Positions 28,891 to 37,762 of a stretch of DNA of 64,000 bases are shown one piece after another. Both the position numbers and the translations under genes were made by a program. The stretch comes from Chitinophaga pinensis (GTDB taxonomy: Bacteria > Bacteroidota > Bacteroidia > B-17B0 > Aurantibacillaceae): positions 16,941-80,940 of the forward strand of contig CAMCZO010000002.1 in assembly GCA_945887955.1 (NCBI GenBank). The letters are read 5' to 3'. The notes beneath the pieces were generated by a model. It saw only the letters and a list, made by a program, of their open reading frames with translations, searched no databases and was not told the origin of the DNA. Positions within the stretch are counted from its first letter, which is position 1. Each line of letters begins with the position of its first letter.

Positions 28891-31398
28891 CTGAAAGCTC
28901 ATAAATCACATATTTTTTTTGTTTTTATCTGTTTTGTAACAGTTTTTCGTGCCCAAAATGCTCTTATTTCTGGGATTGTTAAAGGAATTGATTCAGAACC
29001 AATTGAAGGAGTTCCAATAGTTATAAAAGAAAATGCTCAATATAGCACAATAAGCAACTCTAAAGGAGAATATTCTCTATCAATTGAAAGCGGTAAATTA
29101 CTAACTCTTGTTTTTTACGATGCCAGTTATACCTCTATTAGCCATGTTTTTACTGCTAAACCAGGAGAAAAACTAAGTTTTGACCCAATTTTAAAGTTTA
29201 AAGACGGCTCCAATTTAGATGAAGTATTAGTAACAGACTTTAAACAACGAAGCGAAGAATTTATACGAATTGATGCAAAATTAATTTCAAAATTGCCATC
29301 TCCTACGGGCAATATCGAAGATTTAGTAAAAACACAAATTGGAGTTAGTAGTAATAATGAACTTAGTAGCGGCTATAGCGTAAGAGGGGGTAATTTTGAC
29401 GAAAACCTAGTTTATGTGAATGATATTGAAGTTTACCGACCATTTTTAGTCAGAAGTGGCCAGCAAGAGGGTTTTAGTTTTGCCAATCCAAATATGGTTC
29501 AAAATATTAATTTTTCGGCAGGCGGTTTTGATGCTAAATATGGCGATAAAATGAGTAGTGTATTAGATATTACCTATCGAAAACCATTAAAATATGCCGG
29601 TTCTGCCTCGGCTAGTTTTTTAGGAGGAAACATTCAATTAGAAGGAATTAGCAAAAACAGATTACTAGCATGGAACATTGGTGCTAGATATCGTTCTAAT
29701 ATTTACCTATTAAAATCTCTGGATACTCAAGGCGAATATAAACCAAGTGCATTGGACATTCAAAGCTTTCTAACTTTTGAAGTTAATCCAAAATTTAAAA
29801 TAGAATTTTTGGGCAATATCGCAAATAACAAATACTTAGTTATACCAACTAACCGACAAACTACATTTGGAACGGTAAATAACGCCCTTAGATTTACGGT
29901 TTATTTCGATGGTCAAGAGTTAATGCAATACACCACTATGATGGCTGGCTTATCATTTAATTTTAGACCTAATAGTAAAACAAAACTTAAATTAATAAGT
30001 TCTATTTACCGAGCTAATGAGCAAGAAATTTATACAGTTCAGGGTCAGTATTACATAGATCAATTAGAAGCTGATTTAGGAAAACCTAATTTTGGACAAG
30101 TCGCATTTAACCGAGGTGTAGGTACTTTTATAAATAATGGCCGAAACTATTTATCGGCCAATGTTTTTAATTTGGAACATAAAGGCAGTCGAATTATTAA
30201 TTCAAATAACGAAATTTTATGGGGAGCTCGAGAACAATTTGAAAAAATTGAAGATCATTTAGGAGAATGGAAAACAATTGACTCTGCTGGATTTATTGTG
30301 CCTTATAACGCAAATAAAATTGATTTAATAGACGTTTATAAAGCTAATGTTGAATTGCAAAGTATCCGTTCTCAAGCTTATATTCAGCATAATTTTTCAA
30401 AACAACTTAAGGACACTTCGAGTTTAAAAGTGACTACCGGATTTAGAGCCAATTACTGGACTGTTAATCAACAAGTTCTTCTCTCTCCAAGATTTTCAAT
30501 TGCATTTAAACCCAATTGGAAAAAAGATTGGCTTTTTAAATTTAGTTCGGGTATATACTATCAACCTACTTTTTACCGTGAACTAAGAAACATTGATGGA
30601 ACGCTTAATAAAAACATCAAAGCGCAAAAATCGACACATTTTATTTTAAGTAGCGATTATATTTTTAAAATGTGGAATAGGCCTTTTAAATTTATTATTT
30701 CTTCCTATTACAAAGAATTAACCGATATAATTCCTTACGAAATCGATAATGTTCGAATTAGATATTTTGCCAATAATAATTGTAAAGGATATATAGTTGG
30801 AACAGACCTTAGAATTAATGGAGAATTTGTAAAAGGTGTTGAAAGTTGGGCAAATATTGGATTCTTGAGAACCTACGAATATTCAACCGACAACATTCAT
30901 TTTTTATATTACAATAAAGATAAAGAAGAAATTATTAGAGGTTATACCTTCGATCAAGTAAAAACAGATAGTGTTAAAATTGATCCTGGATATATTCCCC
31001 GCCCAACAGATCAACTCGTTACTTTTGGCTTATTTTTTCAAGATTATTTACCAAAATATCCAGCATTTAAATTTAATTTAAATTTGCAATTTGGAAGCGG
31101 ATTACCTTTTGGGCCTCCTACTCACTTTCGTTGGCAACAATTATTACGTATGCCTTCATATCGAAGAGTAGACGCAGGTTTTGCATACAACATATTAAAA
31201 GAAAATCGTATAAAAAAAGGAAAAAATAGATTTAATAATTTACAAGACATGTGGGTAAATGTTGAAGTATTTAACTTATTGCAAATTCAAAATACAATCT
31301 CTTATACATGGGTAACCGATGTAACAGGCAATCGATACGCTATCCCAAATTACTTAACAAATAGACAAATAAATATTAAATTACAAATCAGATTTTGA
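28891..31398 (+). CDS. TonB-dependent receptor with N-terminal carboxypeptidase-regulatory-like domain; probable CTG start
   Basis: Frame is open from 28888 (after TAA 28885-28887) to 31398; plug motif YSVRGGNFDENLVYVNDIEV, FSAGGFDAKYGDKMSSVLDI; C-terminal F. The ORF track starts 402 nt too late. Confidence 0.85.
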   Translation: MKAHKSHIFFVFICFVTVFRAQNALISGIVKGIDSEPIEGVPIVIKENAQYSTISNSKGEYSLSIESGKLLTLVFYDASYTSISHVFTAKPGEKLSFDPILKFKDGSNLDEVLVTDFKQRSEEFIRIDAKLISKLPSPTGNIEDLVKTQIGVSSNNELSSGYSVRGGNFDENLVYVNDIEVYRPFLVRSGQQEGFSFANPNMVQNINFSAGGFDAKYGDKMSSVLDITYRKPLKYAGSASASFLGGNIQLEGISKNRLLAWNIGARYRSNIYLLKSLDTQGEYKPSALDIQSFLTFEVNPKFKIEFLGNIANNKYLVIPTNRQTTFGTVNNALRFTVYFDGQELMQYTTMMAGLSFNFRPNSKTKLKLISSIYRANEQEIYTVQGQYYIDQLEADLGKPNFGQVAFNRGVGTFINNGRNYLSANVFNLEHKGSRIINSNNEILWGAREQFEKIEDHLGEWKTIDSAGFIVPYNANKIDLIDVYKANVELQSIRSQAYIQHNFSKQLKDTSSLKVTTGFRANYWTVNQQVLLSPRFSIAFKPNWKKDWLFKFSSGIYYQPTFYRELRNIDGTLNKNIKAQKSTHFILSSDYIFKMWNRPFKFIISSYYKELTDIIPYEIDNVRIRYFANNNCKGYIVGTDLRINGEFVKGVESWANIGFLRTYEYSTDNIHFLYYNKDKEEIIRGYTFDQVKTDSVKIDPGYIPRPTDQLVTFGLFFQDYLPKYPAFKFNLNLQFGSGLPFGPPTHFRWQQLLRMPSYRRVDAGFAYNILKENRIKKGKNRFNNLQDMWVNVEVFNLLQIQNTISYTWVTDVTGNRYAIPNYLTNRQINIKLQIRF

Positions 31399-31476
31399 TT
31401 TCATAGCTTTTTCACAATTTATCCAATTATCAACAATTAAGGGAATTTTATATCAATTTATGTAATTTTATCACTA

Positions 31477-32328
31477 ATGTTTAGTGTTAACCCAAAAGAA
31501 GTCAGTGTTTCGACATTGCAAAAGTATATTCAAAATGCTGTAGTACCTCGTCCTATTTGCTTTGCAAGTACTATTTCTAAAAACGGAGAGCCTAATTTAG
31601 CACCATTTAGTTTTTTTAATGTATTTTCATCAAATCCTCCAATAGCCGTGTTTTCTCCTGCATATAGTGGGCGAACTGGCGCTGCAAAAGACACGCTTAC
31701 CAATGTAATAGAAGTGCCAGAGTGCGTTATTAATATGGTTAATTACGATATGGTACATCAAATGAATTTAGCAAGCAATCCATTTGAAAAAGGGGTTAAC
31801 GAATTTATTAAATCTGGTTTTACTCCTATTGATTCTGAATTTGTAAAACCTTTCAGGGTGAAAGAAAGTCCGGTTCAAATGGAATGTAAAGTAATTGAGG
31901 TGAAAGAATTAGGTAAACAAGGAGGTGCTGGAAATCTAGTAATTTGCGAGATTATAAAAATTCATATAGATAGTAAAGTTTTAACACCAGATAATCAAAT
32001 AGACGTTCAAAAAATGGATTTAATTTCTCGGATGGGAGACGATTGGTATTGCAGAGCAAATGGCGAAGCCTTATTTGAAGTTAAAAAGCCGATCTCAACA
32101 ATCGGAATTGGTTATGATGCAATACCGGATAGGATCAAACAGAGTGTGATTTTAAACGGAAATAATTTAGGCTTACTAGGAAGTATAGTCTCCATTCCTA
32201 TTCAAGAGGAAATATCAGAATTTAAAAAAACAGTACCACAATTTAACGATTTAAAAGAACAGCATTTATATGCTAAAAGTCTACTAGAAATCAATAAAGT
32301 TAAAGAAGCATGGATGGTGTTACTTTAA
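31477..32328 (+). CDS. Flavin reductase family protein (DIM6/NTAB-like)
   Basis: VVPRPICFAST, NLAPFSFFN, PFRVKESPVQMEC, ISRMG. Confidence 0.9.
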   Translation: MFSVNPKEVSVSTLQKYIQNAVVPRPICFASTISKNGEPNLAPFSFFNVFSSNPPIAVFSPAYSGRTGAAKDTLTNVIEVPECVINMVNYDMVHQMNLASNPFEKGVNEFIKSGFTPIDSEFVKPFRVKESPVQMECKVIEVKELGKQGGAGNLVICEIIKIHIDSKVLTPDNQIDVQKMDLISRMGDDWYCRANGEALFEVKKPISTIGIGYDAIPDRIKQSVILNGNNLGLLGSIVSIPIQEEISEFKKTVPQFNDLKEQHLYAKSLLEINKVKEAWMVLL

Positions 32329-32417
32329 ATTGATATCCATACTTTTAATACTAAATATTATTTTCTAAATTAGTGAAATAAAAAACATAAATAAGTAATC
32401 AATAAAATCAATATATC

Positions 32418-32819
32418 ATGGAAGTAACAGGAACACTAAAAACTAAATCTGAAACGGTAAAAGTAAGCGAACGTTTTCAAAAAAGAGAATTTGTATTAAC
32501 CACAGAAGGGAGTACTCCATATCCTCAACACATCAGTTTTCAATTAAACCAAGACAAATGTCCTCTGTTAGATTCATTTGGAGATGGCGAAGAGTTAAGA
32601 GTTCAATTTAATTTAAGAGGCCGCGAGTGGAATGGACCACAAGGCATAAAATATTTTAATACGCTCGAGGCTTGGCGAATTGAAAAAGTTCAGGGTAGTA
32701 ACTCAGCATCTACTTCAAGTCAAAATTCGGCATCAACTAATAATACTAGCATTGATAACTCATCATCAACACCTGTTTTTTCTAGTAATGTTGGTGATAA
32801 CGACGATTTACCTTTTTAG
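32418..32819 (+). CDS. DUF3127 protein (OB-fold-like, SSB-type acidic tail)
   Basis: FQKREFVL, YPQHISFQLNQDK, FNLRGREW, YFNTLEAWRIE; S/T/N linker ending DNDDLPF. Confidence 0.9.
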   Translation: MEVTGTLKTKSETVKVSERFQKREFVLTTEGSTPYPQHISFQLNQDKCPLLDSFGDGEELRVQFNLRGREWNGPQGIKYFNTLEAWRIEKVQGSNSASTSSQNSASTNNTSIDNSSSTPVFSSNVGDNDDLPF

Positions 32820-32834
32820 TTTAAACTAAATCTA

Positions 32835-32875
32835 AAACGAAATAGATGTTAACATCTTCTATTTCGTTTATTTAT
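32835..32875 (+). terminator. Intrinsic terminator after the DUF3127 gene
   Basis: AAACGAAATAGA..TCTATTTCGTTT inverted repeat followed by T-rich sequence. Confidence 0.75.
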
Positions 32876-32919
32876 TTTGAACTAATTCAAACGCTAAAAA
32901 ATAATGCGTTAAACCAATT

Positions 32920-33951
32920 ATGACAAAAAAAAACGCTACTGTTCTATTAATATATACTGGTGGAACAATTGGTATGATTCAAGATAATCTGAGTGGAGAA
33001 TTAAGGCCATTCGATTTCAAATCGCTAACAAAACAAATTCCAGAATTAAATAAATTAGACATTGAGCTCTCCTCAATTGCTTTTCAAAAACCAATCGATT
33101 CATCTAATATGAACCCTTCGATATGGATTGATTTAGCAGTTATAATTAAAAGTAATTATAAAAAATACGATGGATTTGTAATTTTACATGGTAGCGACAC
33201 CATGAGTTATACTGCCAGTGCCTTAAGTTTCATGTTAGAAAACTTAAATAAGCCAGTGATTTTAACGGGTTCACAATTACCAATAGGTATTATTCGAACC
33301 GATGGAAAAGAGAATTTAATTACTGCCATAGAAATCGCAGGTGCAAAAGAAAAAGGTAAAACTATAATCAGCGAAGTTTGTATTTACTTTGAATACAAAT
33401 TATATCGTGGCAATCGTACGTATAAATACAATAGCGACCATTTCGATGCTTTTAAATCTCCCAACTACCCTACTCTTGCTGAAGCTGGCGTTGAAATTAA
33501 ATACAATAAAAATGCTCTAATTAAAAAAAACAAAAAAAAATTAATAGTTCACACTAAAATAGAAAATAATATTGCCGTATTAAAATTATTTCCAGGTATT
33601 AATAAAAAAATAACATCTTCTATTCTTAACTCCAAAGAAATAAAAGCAATTGTTTTAGAAAGCTTTGGTGCCGGAAATGCAAGTACAGAAACGTGGTTTA
33701 TTAACGAATTAAAACGAGCAATTAACAAAGGAGTTATTATTTTAAATATTACTCAATGCTCTGAAGGAAAAGTAATTCAAGGAAAATACGAAACAAGTTC
33801 ACAATTAAAAAAAATAGGAGTAATTAGTGGGGCTGATTTAACCTTTGAAAGTGCAATAACAAAACTAATGTTTTTATTAGGACAAGAAAACAACATAAAT
33901 AATATAAAAAAATCACTTTTGAGTAATTTGAGAGGCGAATTAACTGTATAG
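32920..33951 (+). CDS. ansA: L-asparaginase type I
   Basis: IYTGGTIGM, IDSSNM, VILHGSDTM, ILTGSQLP, NITQC. Confidence 0.95.
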   Translation: MTKKNATVLLIYTGGTIGMIQDNLSGELRPFDFKSLTKQIPELNKLDIELSSIAFQKPIDSSNMNPSIWIDLAVIIKSNYKKYDGFVILHGSDTMSYTASALSFMLENLNKPVILTGSQLPIGIIRTDGKENLITAIEIAGAKEKGKTIISEVCIYFEYKLYRGNRTYKYNSDHFDAFKSPNYPTLAEAGVEIKYNKNALIKKNKKKLIVHTKIENNIAVLKLFPGINKKITSSILNSKEIKAIVLESFGAGNASTETWFINELKRAINKGVIILNITQCSEGKVIQGKYETSSQLKKIGVISGADLTFESAITKLMFLLGQENNINNIKKSLLSNLRGELTV

Positions 33952-33957
33952 ATTAAT

Positions 33958-34935
33958 ATGAAAATATGTAAAAACATTCTCGAAACCATTGGAAATACGC
34001 CAATGGTTAAAATAAATAAAATCACAAAAGATTTACCTTGCGATGTATATGCAAAAATCGAAACATTTAATCCAGGCAATTCTACTAAAGATAGAATGGC
34101 TATTAAAATGATAGAAGATGCTGAAAAAGATGGTAGCTTAAAACCAGGAGGGACAATTATAGAAGGTACCAGCGGAAATACAGGAATGGGACTAGCTATT
34201 GGTGCAGTTATAAAAGGGTACAAATGCATATTTACTACCACCGACAAACAAAGTAAAGAAAAAGTTGACGCATTGAAAGCATTTGGAGCCGAAGTAATTG
34301 TTTGCCCCACAAATGTTGAACCAGAAGACCCTCGCTCTTATTACTCTGTATCATCGCGATTAGTTAAAGAAACTCCTAATTCATGGAAACCCAATCAATA
34401 TGATAACTTAAGCAATTCGGCAGCTCACTATGAGCAAACTGGTCCCGAAATATGGAATCAGACTGATGGAAAAATTACGCACCTAGTCGTTGGTGTTGGA
34501 ACTGGAGGTACTATTTGCGGTACAGGTAAATATTTAAAAGAAAAAAATCCGAAAATTAAAATTTTAGGCATCGATACCTATGGATCAGTGTTTAAAAAAT
34601 ATAAGGAAACTGGCATCTTTGATAAAAATGAAATTTATCCCTATGTCACCGAAGGTATTGGCGAAGATTTTTTACCAGCAAATGTAGATTTTAGTATTAT
34701 TGATCATTTTGAAAAAGTTAGTGATAAAGATGCTGCGATAATGACTCGGAGAATTCCAAGAGAAGAAGGTATTTTTTCTGGAAATAGTGCTGGATCAGCT
34801 ATGGCTGGATTATTACAAATGAAAGATAAATTTAAAAAAGGGGATGTTGTTGTAGTTATTTTTCATGATCATGGCACCCGTTACATGGGAAAAATGTTCA
34901 ACGATGATTGGATGTTCGAACGGGGCTTTCTTTAA
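33958..34935 (+). CDS. PLP-dependent cystathionine beta-synthase / cysteine synthase family enzyme
   Basis: IGNTPMV, FNPGNSTKDR (PLP Lys), EGTSGNTG, GVGTGGT, EGIG, FHDHGTRY. Confidence 0.92.
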   Translation: MKICKNILETIGNTPMVKINKITKDLPCDVYAKIETFNPGNSTKDRMAIKMIEDAEKDGSLKPGGTIIEGTSGNTGMGLAIGAVIKGYKCIFTTTDKQSKEKVDALKAFGAEVIVCPTNVEPEDPRSYYSVSSRLVKETPNSWKPNQYDNLSNSAAHYEQTGPEIWNQTDGKITHLVVGVGTGGTICGTGKYLKEKNPKIKILGIDTYGSVFKKYKETGIFDKNEIYPYVTEGIGEDFLPANVDFSIIDHFEKVSDKDAAIMTRRIPREEGIFSGNSAGSAMAGLLQMKDKFKKGDVVVVIFHDHGTRYMGKMFNDDWMFERGFL

Positions 34936-35018
34936 AATTTAGTGTAAAACGTACTGACATTTATTATAATTTTTAGCTATTTCAAAAATTAATTAAATCT
35001 TAATTATTTGTTTCTTTT

Positions 35019-35438
35019 TTAAATAGATTCTAATTTCAATTGAGAAAGTTTTAAAGACATTGTATTTACTAACTGAATTAAAGATTTTTCGGCCATAGAT
35101 TTTATAAAAGGATTTAAATCTCCGTACAGCTCAATTTTACATTCTCCATTTTGATTAGCCTCACCGATAAAAAAAACCTTTAAATTAAAATTAAAATTTG
35201 CTAAACCCTCGCTAGCAAACAAAATATAATCGGGAGTATGTTTTTCAATAATTTTAATTTTCATTGACGTAATTCCTTTGATATTAAAAGAACACTGATC
35301 TTCCGAACATTTAAAATCTTCAATCCTATCTTCAGGCAAAATCGAATTAAAATTTTTAAAATCACTAATAAATAAAAATAAACTTATGAGGTTTGACTGA
35401 GTGGAATTATTCTCACTATGGATTGAAAATGCAGACAT
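35019..35438 (-). CDS. SRPBCC/CoxG-like protein downstream of pyrE
   Basis: DFKNFNSILPEDRI, LNPFIKSMAEKSL; usual pyrE partner gene in Bacteroidota. Confidence 0.7.
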   Translation of the reverse strand: MSAFSIHSENNSTQSNLISLFLFISDFKNFNSILPEDRIEDFKCSEDQCSFNIKGITSMKIKIIEKHTPDYILFASEGLANFNFNLKVFFIGEANQNGECKIELYGDLNPFIKSMAEKSLIQLVNTMSLKLSQLKLESI

Positions 35439-35488
35439 GAATTATTTTCATTATGATTTTGAAATATTAAAAATAAACTTAAAAAAAA

Positions 35489-36127
35489 TCAAGCCCAAGT
35501 TTTTGGTTTTTGACGCCATTTTTTTAAACTATCTAAATCTTTTTCGTTTATATATTCTTTTTTAACAGCAGTTTCAATAAGCGTATCATAATTGGTGAGT
35601 GTTTCTAAGCGACATTTAGCTTTTTTAAAATTTTGAACAGATTCTTCAAAACCATAAGTAAAAATAGCTGCCATTCCCTTAACTAAACAACCTTTTTCTC
35701 GAAGAGCATCAACAGCCTTTAAACTACTCCCTCCGGTACTAATTAAATCTTCTATGACTACAACATTTTGTCCACTTTCAAAGTGACCCTCAATCATATT
35801 TGTTAAACCATGTTTTTTTTCTTCGCTTCTAACATAAACAAATGGCAATCCCATTTCTTGAGCTACTAAAACTCCAATAGCAATGCCCCCCGTTGCAACA
35901 CCAGCAATTAAATCGGGCATTGGAAAATGATTATTAATTGTTTGAACAAAATGCTGCCGAATATAGTTCCTAATTTTGGGGTAAGAAAGTGTTTTTCGAT
36001 TATCGCAATAAATTGGAGATTTTATTCCACTAGCCCAAGTAAATGGATTTTCGGGTTGTAATTTTATGGCTTTTATTTGTAATAAAAATTCAGCAACTTT
36101 ATACGCGGTATCATCAAAAGAGGTCAT
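35489..36127 (-). CDS. pyrE: Orotate phosphoribosyltransferase
   Basis: FTWASGIKSPIYCDNR, VVVIEDLISTGGSS PRPP motif. Confidence 0.97.
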   Translation of the reverse strand: MTSFDDTAYKVAEFLLQIKAIKLQPENPFTWASGIKSPIYCDNRKTLSYPKIRNYIRQHFVQTINNHFPMPDLIAGVATGGIAIGVLVAQEMGLPFVYVRSEEKKHGLTNMIEGHFESGQNVVVIEDLISTGGSSLKAVDALREKGCLVKGMAAIFTYGFEESVQNFKKAKCRLETLTNYDTLIETAVKKEYINEKDLDSLKKWRQKPKTWA

Positions 36128-36170
36128 AACCCAAATTTAAATTTTGTTTCATTACAATAATTATTTTTTT

Positions 36171-36803
36171 ATGAACATACAAATATATTTTAATAATAAG
36201 TTTATAGAATTATCTTCTAATGACATTCAAAATTCACAAAATCAAGCAATTAAAAAAAGCTATCTTTTAAACGACAATAAGTTAAACTTTAATAAAATTA
36301 TAGATGAATTTTTATTTGATCCATCAAACGATAGCATAAAAATAGTTTTTTCTGATTTAAATACATTATTGGAGCTATTTAAATCTAAATTTTACTATAT
36401 AGAAGCTGCAGGAGGTTTTATTGAAAAAGATAATGAGTTTTTATTTATTCACCGTCAAGGAATATGGGATTTGCCTAAAGGAAAACTCGAAAAAGGAGAA
36501 ACGATAAAAAACGCTGCTATTAGAGAGTGTGAAGAAGAGTGTGGCATCAAGCAATTAACTATAACGAAACAACTTTCATCTAGCTTCCACCTATACAAAT
36601 ACAAAAAAGGCTTTGCCTTAAAACAAAGTTATTGGTTTTATATGAAAAGTGACTATTCAAAAAAATTAACTCCTCAAATTGAAGAGGATATTGATGAAGT
36701 AAAATGGTTTTCTAAACATGAAATAGAAACAATTATTATTAAACATACTTATTATACCATAAGGGATGTTATCAATGAAGCGCTAGGAATTAGAGCTAAA
36801 TAG
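36171..36803 (+). CDS. NUDIX hydrolase
   Basis: IEAAGG, WDLPKGKLEKGETIKNAAIRECEEECGI Nudix box. Confidence 0.92.
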   Translation: MNIQIYFNNKFIELSSNDIQNSQNQAIKKSYLLNDNKLNFNKIIDEFLFDPSNDSIKIVFSDLNTLLELFKSKFYYIEAAGGFIEKDNEFLFIHRQGIWDLPKGKLEKGETIKNAAIRECEEECGIKQLTITKQLSSSFHLYKYKKGFALKQSYWFYMKSDYSKKLTPQIEEDIDEVKWFSKHEIETIIIKHTYYTIRDVINEALGIRAK

Positions 36804-36858
36804 AATAAAGATTAGATCTAAATAATCAAAAAATTAAACTCTATTGTATTATTATTCT

Positions 36859-36866
36859 TATCTTTG
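36859..36866 (+). promoter_or_regulatory. -7 element TATCTTTG for rnpB
   Basis: Exact consensus ending 3 nt before the P1 5' strand. Confidence 0.75.
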
Positions 36867-36869
36867 TAA

Positions 36870-37234
36870 GCAAGTATTTCTATCGCCATTATTAAATTAA
36901 TGGAGGAAAGTCCGGGCAACAAAGAGCAATTCGCCATTTGAAAGGATGGGTACAAAAGCAGAAATGTTATGTAACAGAGAGTGCCACAGAAAACCAAGTA
37001 GCCTAAGGTGTAAACTGAGGGTGATAGTGAAAATGTGAGGTAAGAGCTCACAAGCATAGTTAGCAATAATTGTGTTGGGTAAACCTCGAATGTTGAAAGG
37101 CCAAATAGGTTGTGGATATAAGGCTGCTCGTCTTATTTCAGAAATGAAGGCCACAATGGGTAGGTCGCAAAGATAAATGATAGATATATTATTCTTAACG
37201 AATAATGAAACAGAACCCGGCTTATAATACTTGT
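36870..37234 (+). ncRNA. rnpB: RNase P RNA, type A
   Basis: GAGGAAAGTCCGGGC, AGTGCCACAGAAAA, GGTAAACC, AAGGCCAAATAGG, ACAGAACCCGGCTTA; P1 GCAAGTATT/AATACTTGT; P2 TCTATC/GATAGA. Confidence 0.97.
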
Positions 37235-37289
37235 TTTTTTATTTACAACAGCATTAAATTGCATAAATTAAATCTTGTTATCTCATAAC

Positions 37290-37757
37290 ATGACTAATTC
37301 TGAAAAAATAAAATTTAAAGAACTATTAAAAAAAGAATGTGGCTTTTTATTAAAAAAACGAAGCATTAATTCAAATTCTGCCATGCAAGATTCTCAAGAA
37401 TCAGCAAATAATCAAGAGAAAAGCTCGGCGGGTGATAAATATGAGACCTCAAGAGCAATGGGTCAAATAGATAGGGATATGTATGCTTATCAATTATTAG
37501 AAGCTGAGAAAGACTTGAATATAATAACGAATCTAGAAATTGATAAAATAAATCAAGTTATAAAACCAGGTTCGGTATTTGAAATAAACTCTCAACTAAT
37601 TTTTGTCGCCATTGGATTAGGCTCAATTAAAGTAAACAACATCTCTGTTCTTGTTATTTCTTATAAATCGCCATTATATGAGCAATTAAAATTTAAAGCT
37701 GTTGGAGATCATGTCTTTTTCAAAAATGAAAACCATCAGATTGAAACTATCTTTTAA
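37290..37757 (+). CDS. Conserved hypothetical protein, GreA/GreB-like architecture
   Basis: Helical N-terminus with KSSAGDKYETSRAM; C-terminal VISYKSPL..L..KAVGD resembling the GreA C-domain. Confidence 0.7.
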   Translation: MTNSEKIKFKELLKKECGFLLKKRSINSNSAMQDSQESANNQEKSSAGDKYETSRAMGQIDRDMYAYQLLEAEKDLNIITNLEIDKINQVIKPGSVFEINSQLIFVAIGLGSIKVNNISVLVISYKSPLYEQLKFKAVGDHVFFKNENHQIETIF

Positions 37758-37762
37758 AAAAA

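Noticed and set aside
33777-34310. 177-aa minus-strand ORF
   Set aside because: Antisense to ansA and the CBS-family gene; the reading is explained by mirror codons of conserved coding sequence.
36818-37154. Minus-strand ORFs of 82 and 85 aa
   Set aside because: Antisense to the RNase P RNA, which fully explains the sequence.
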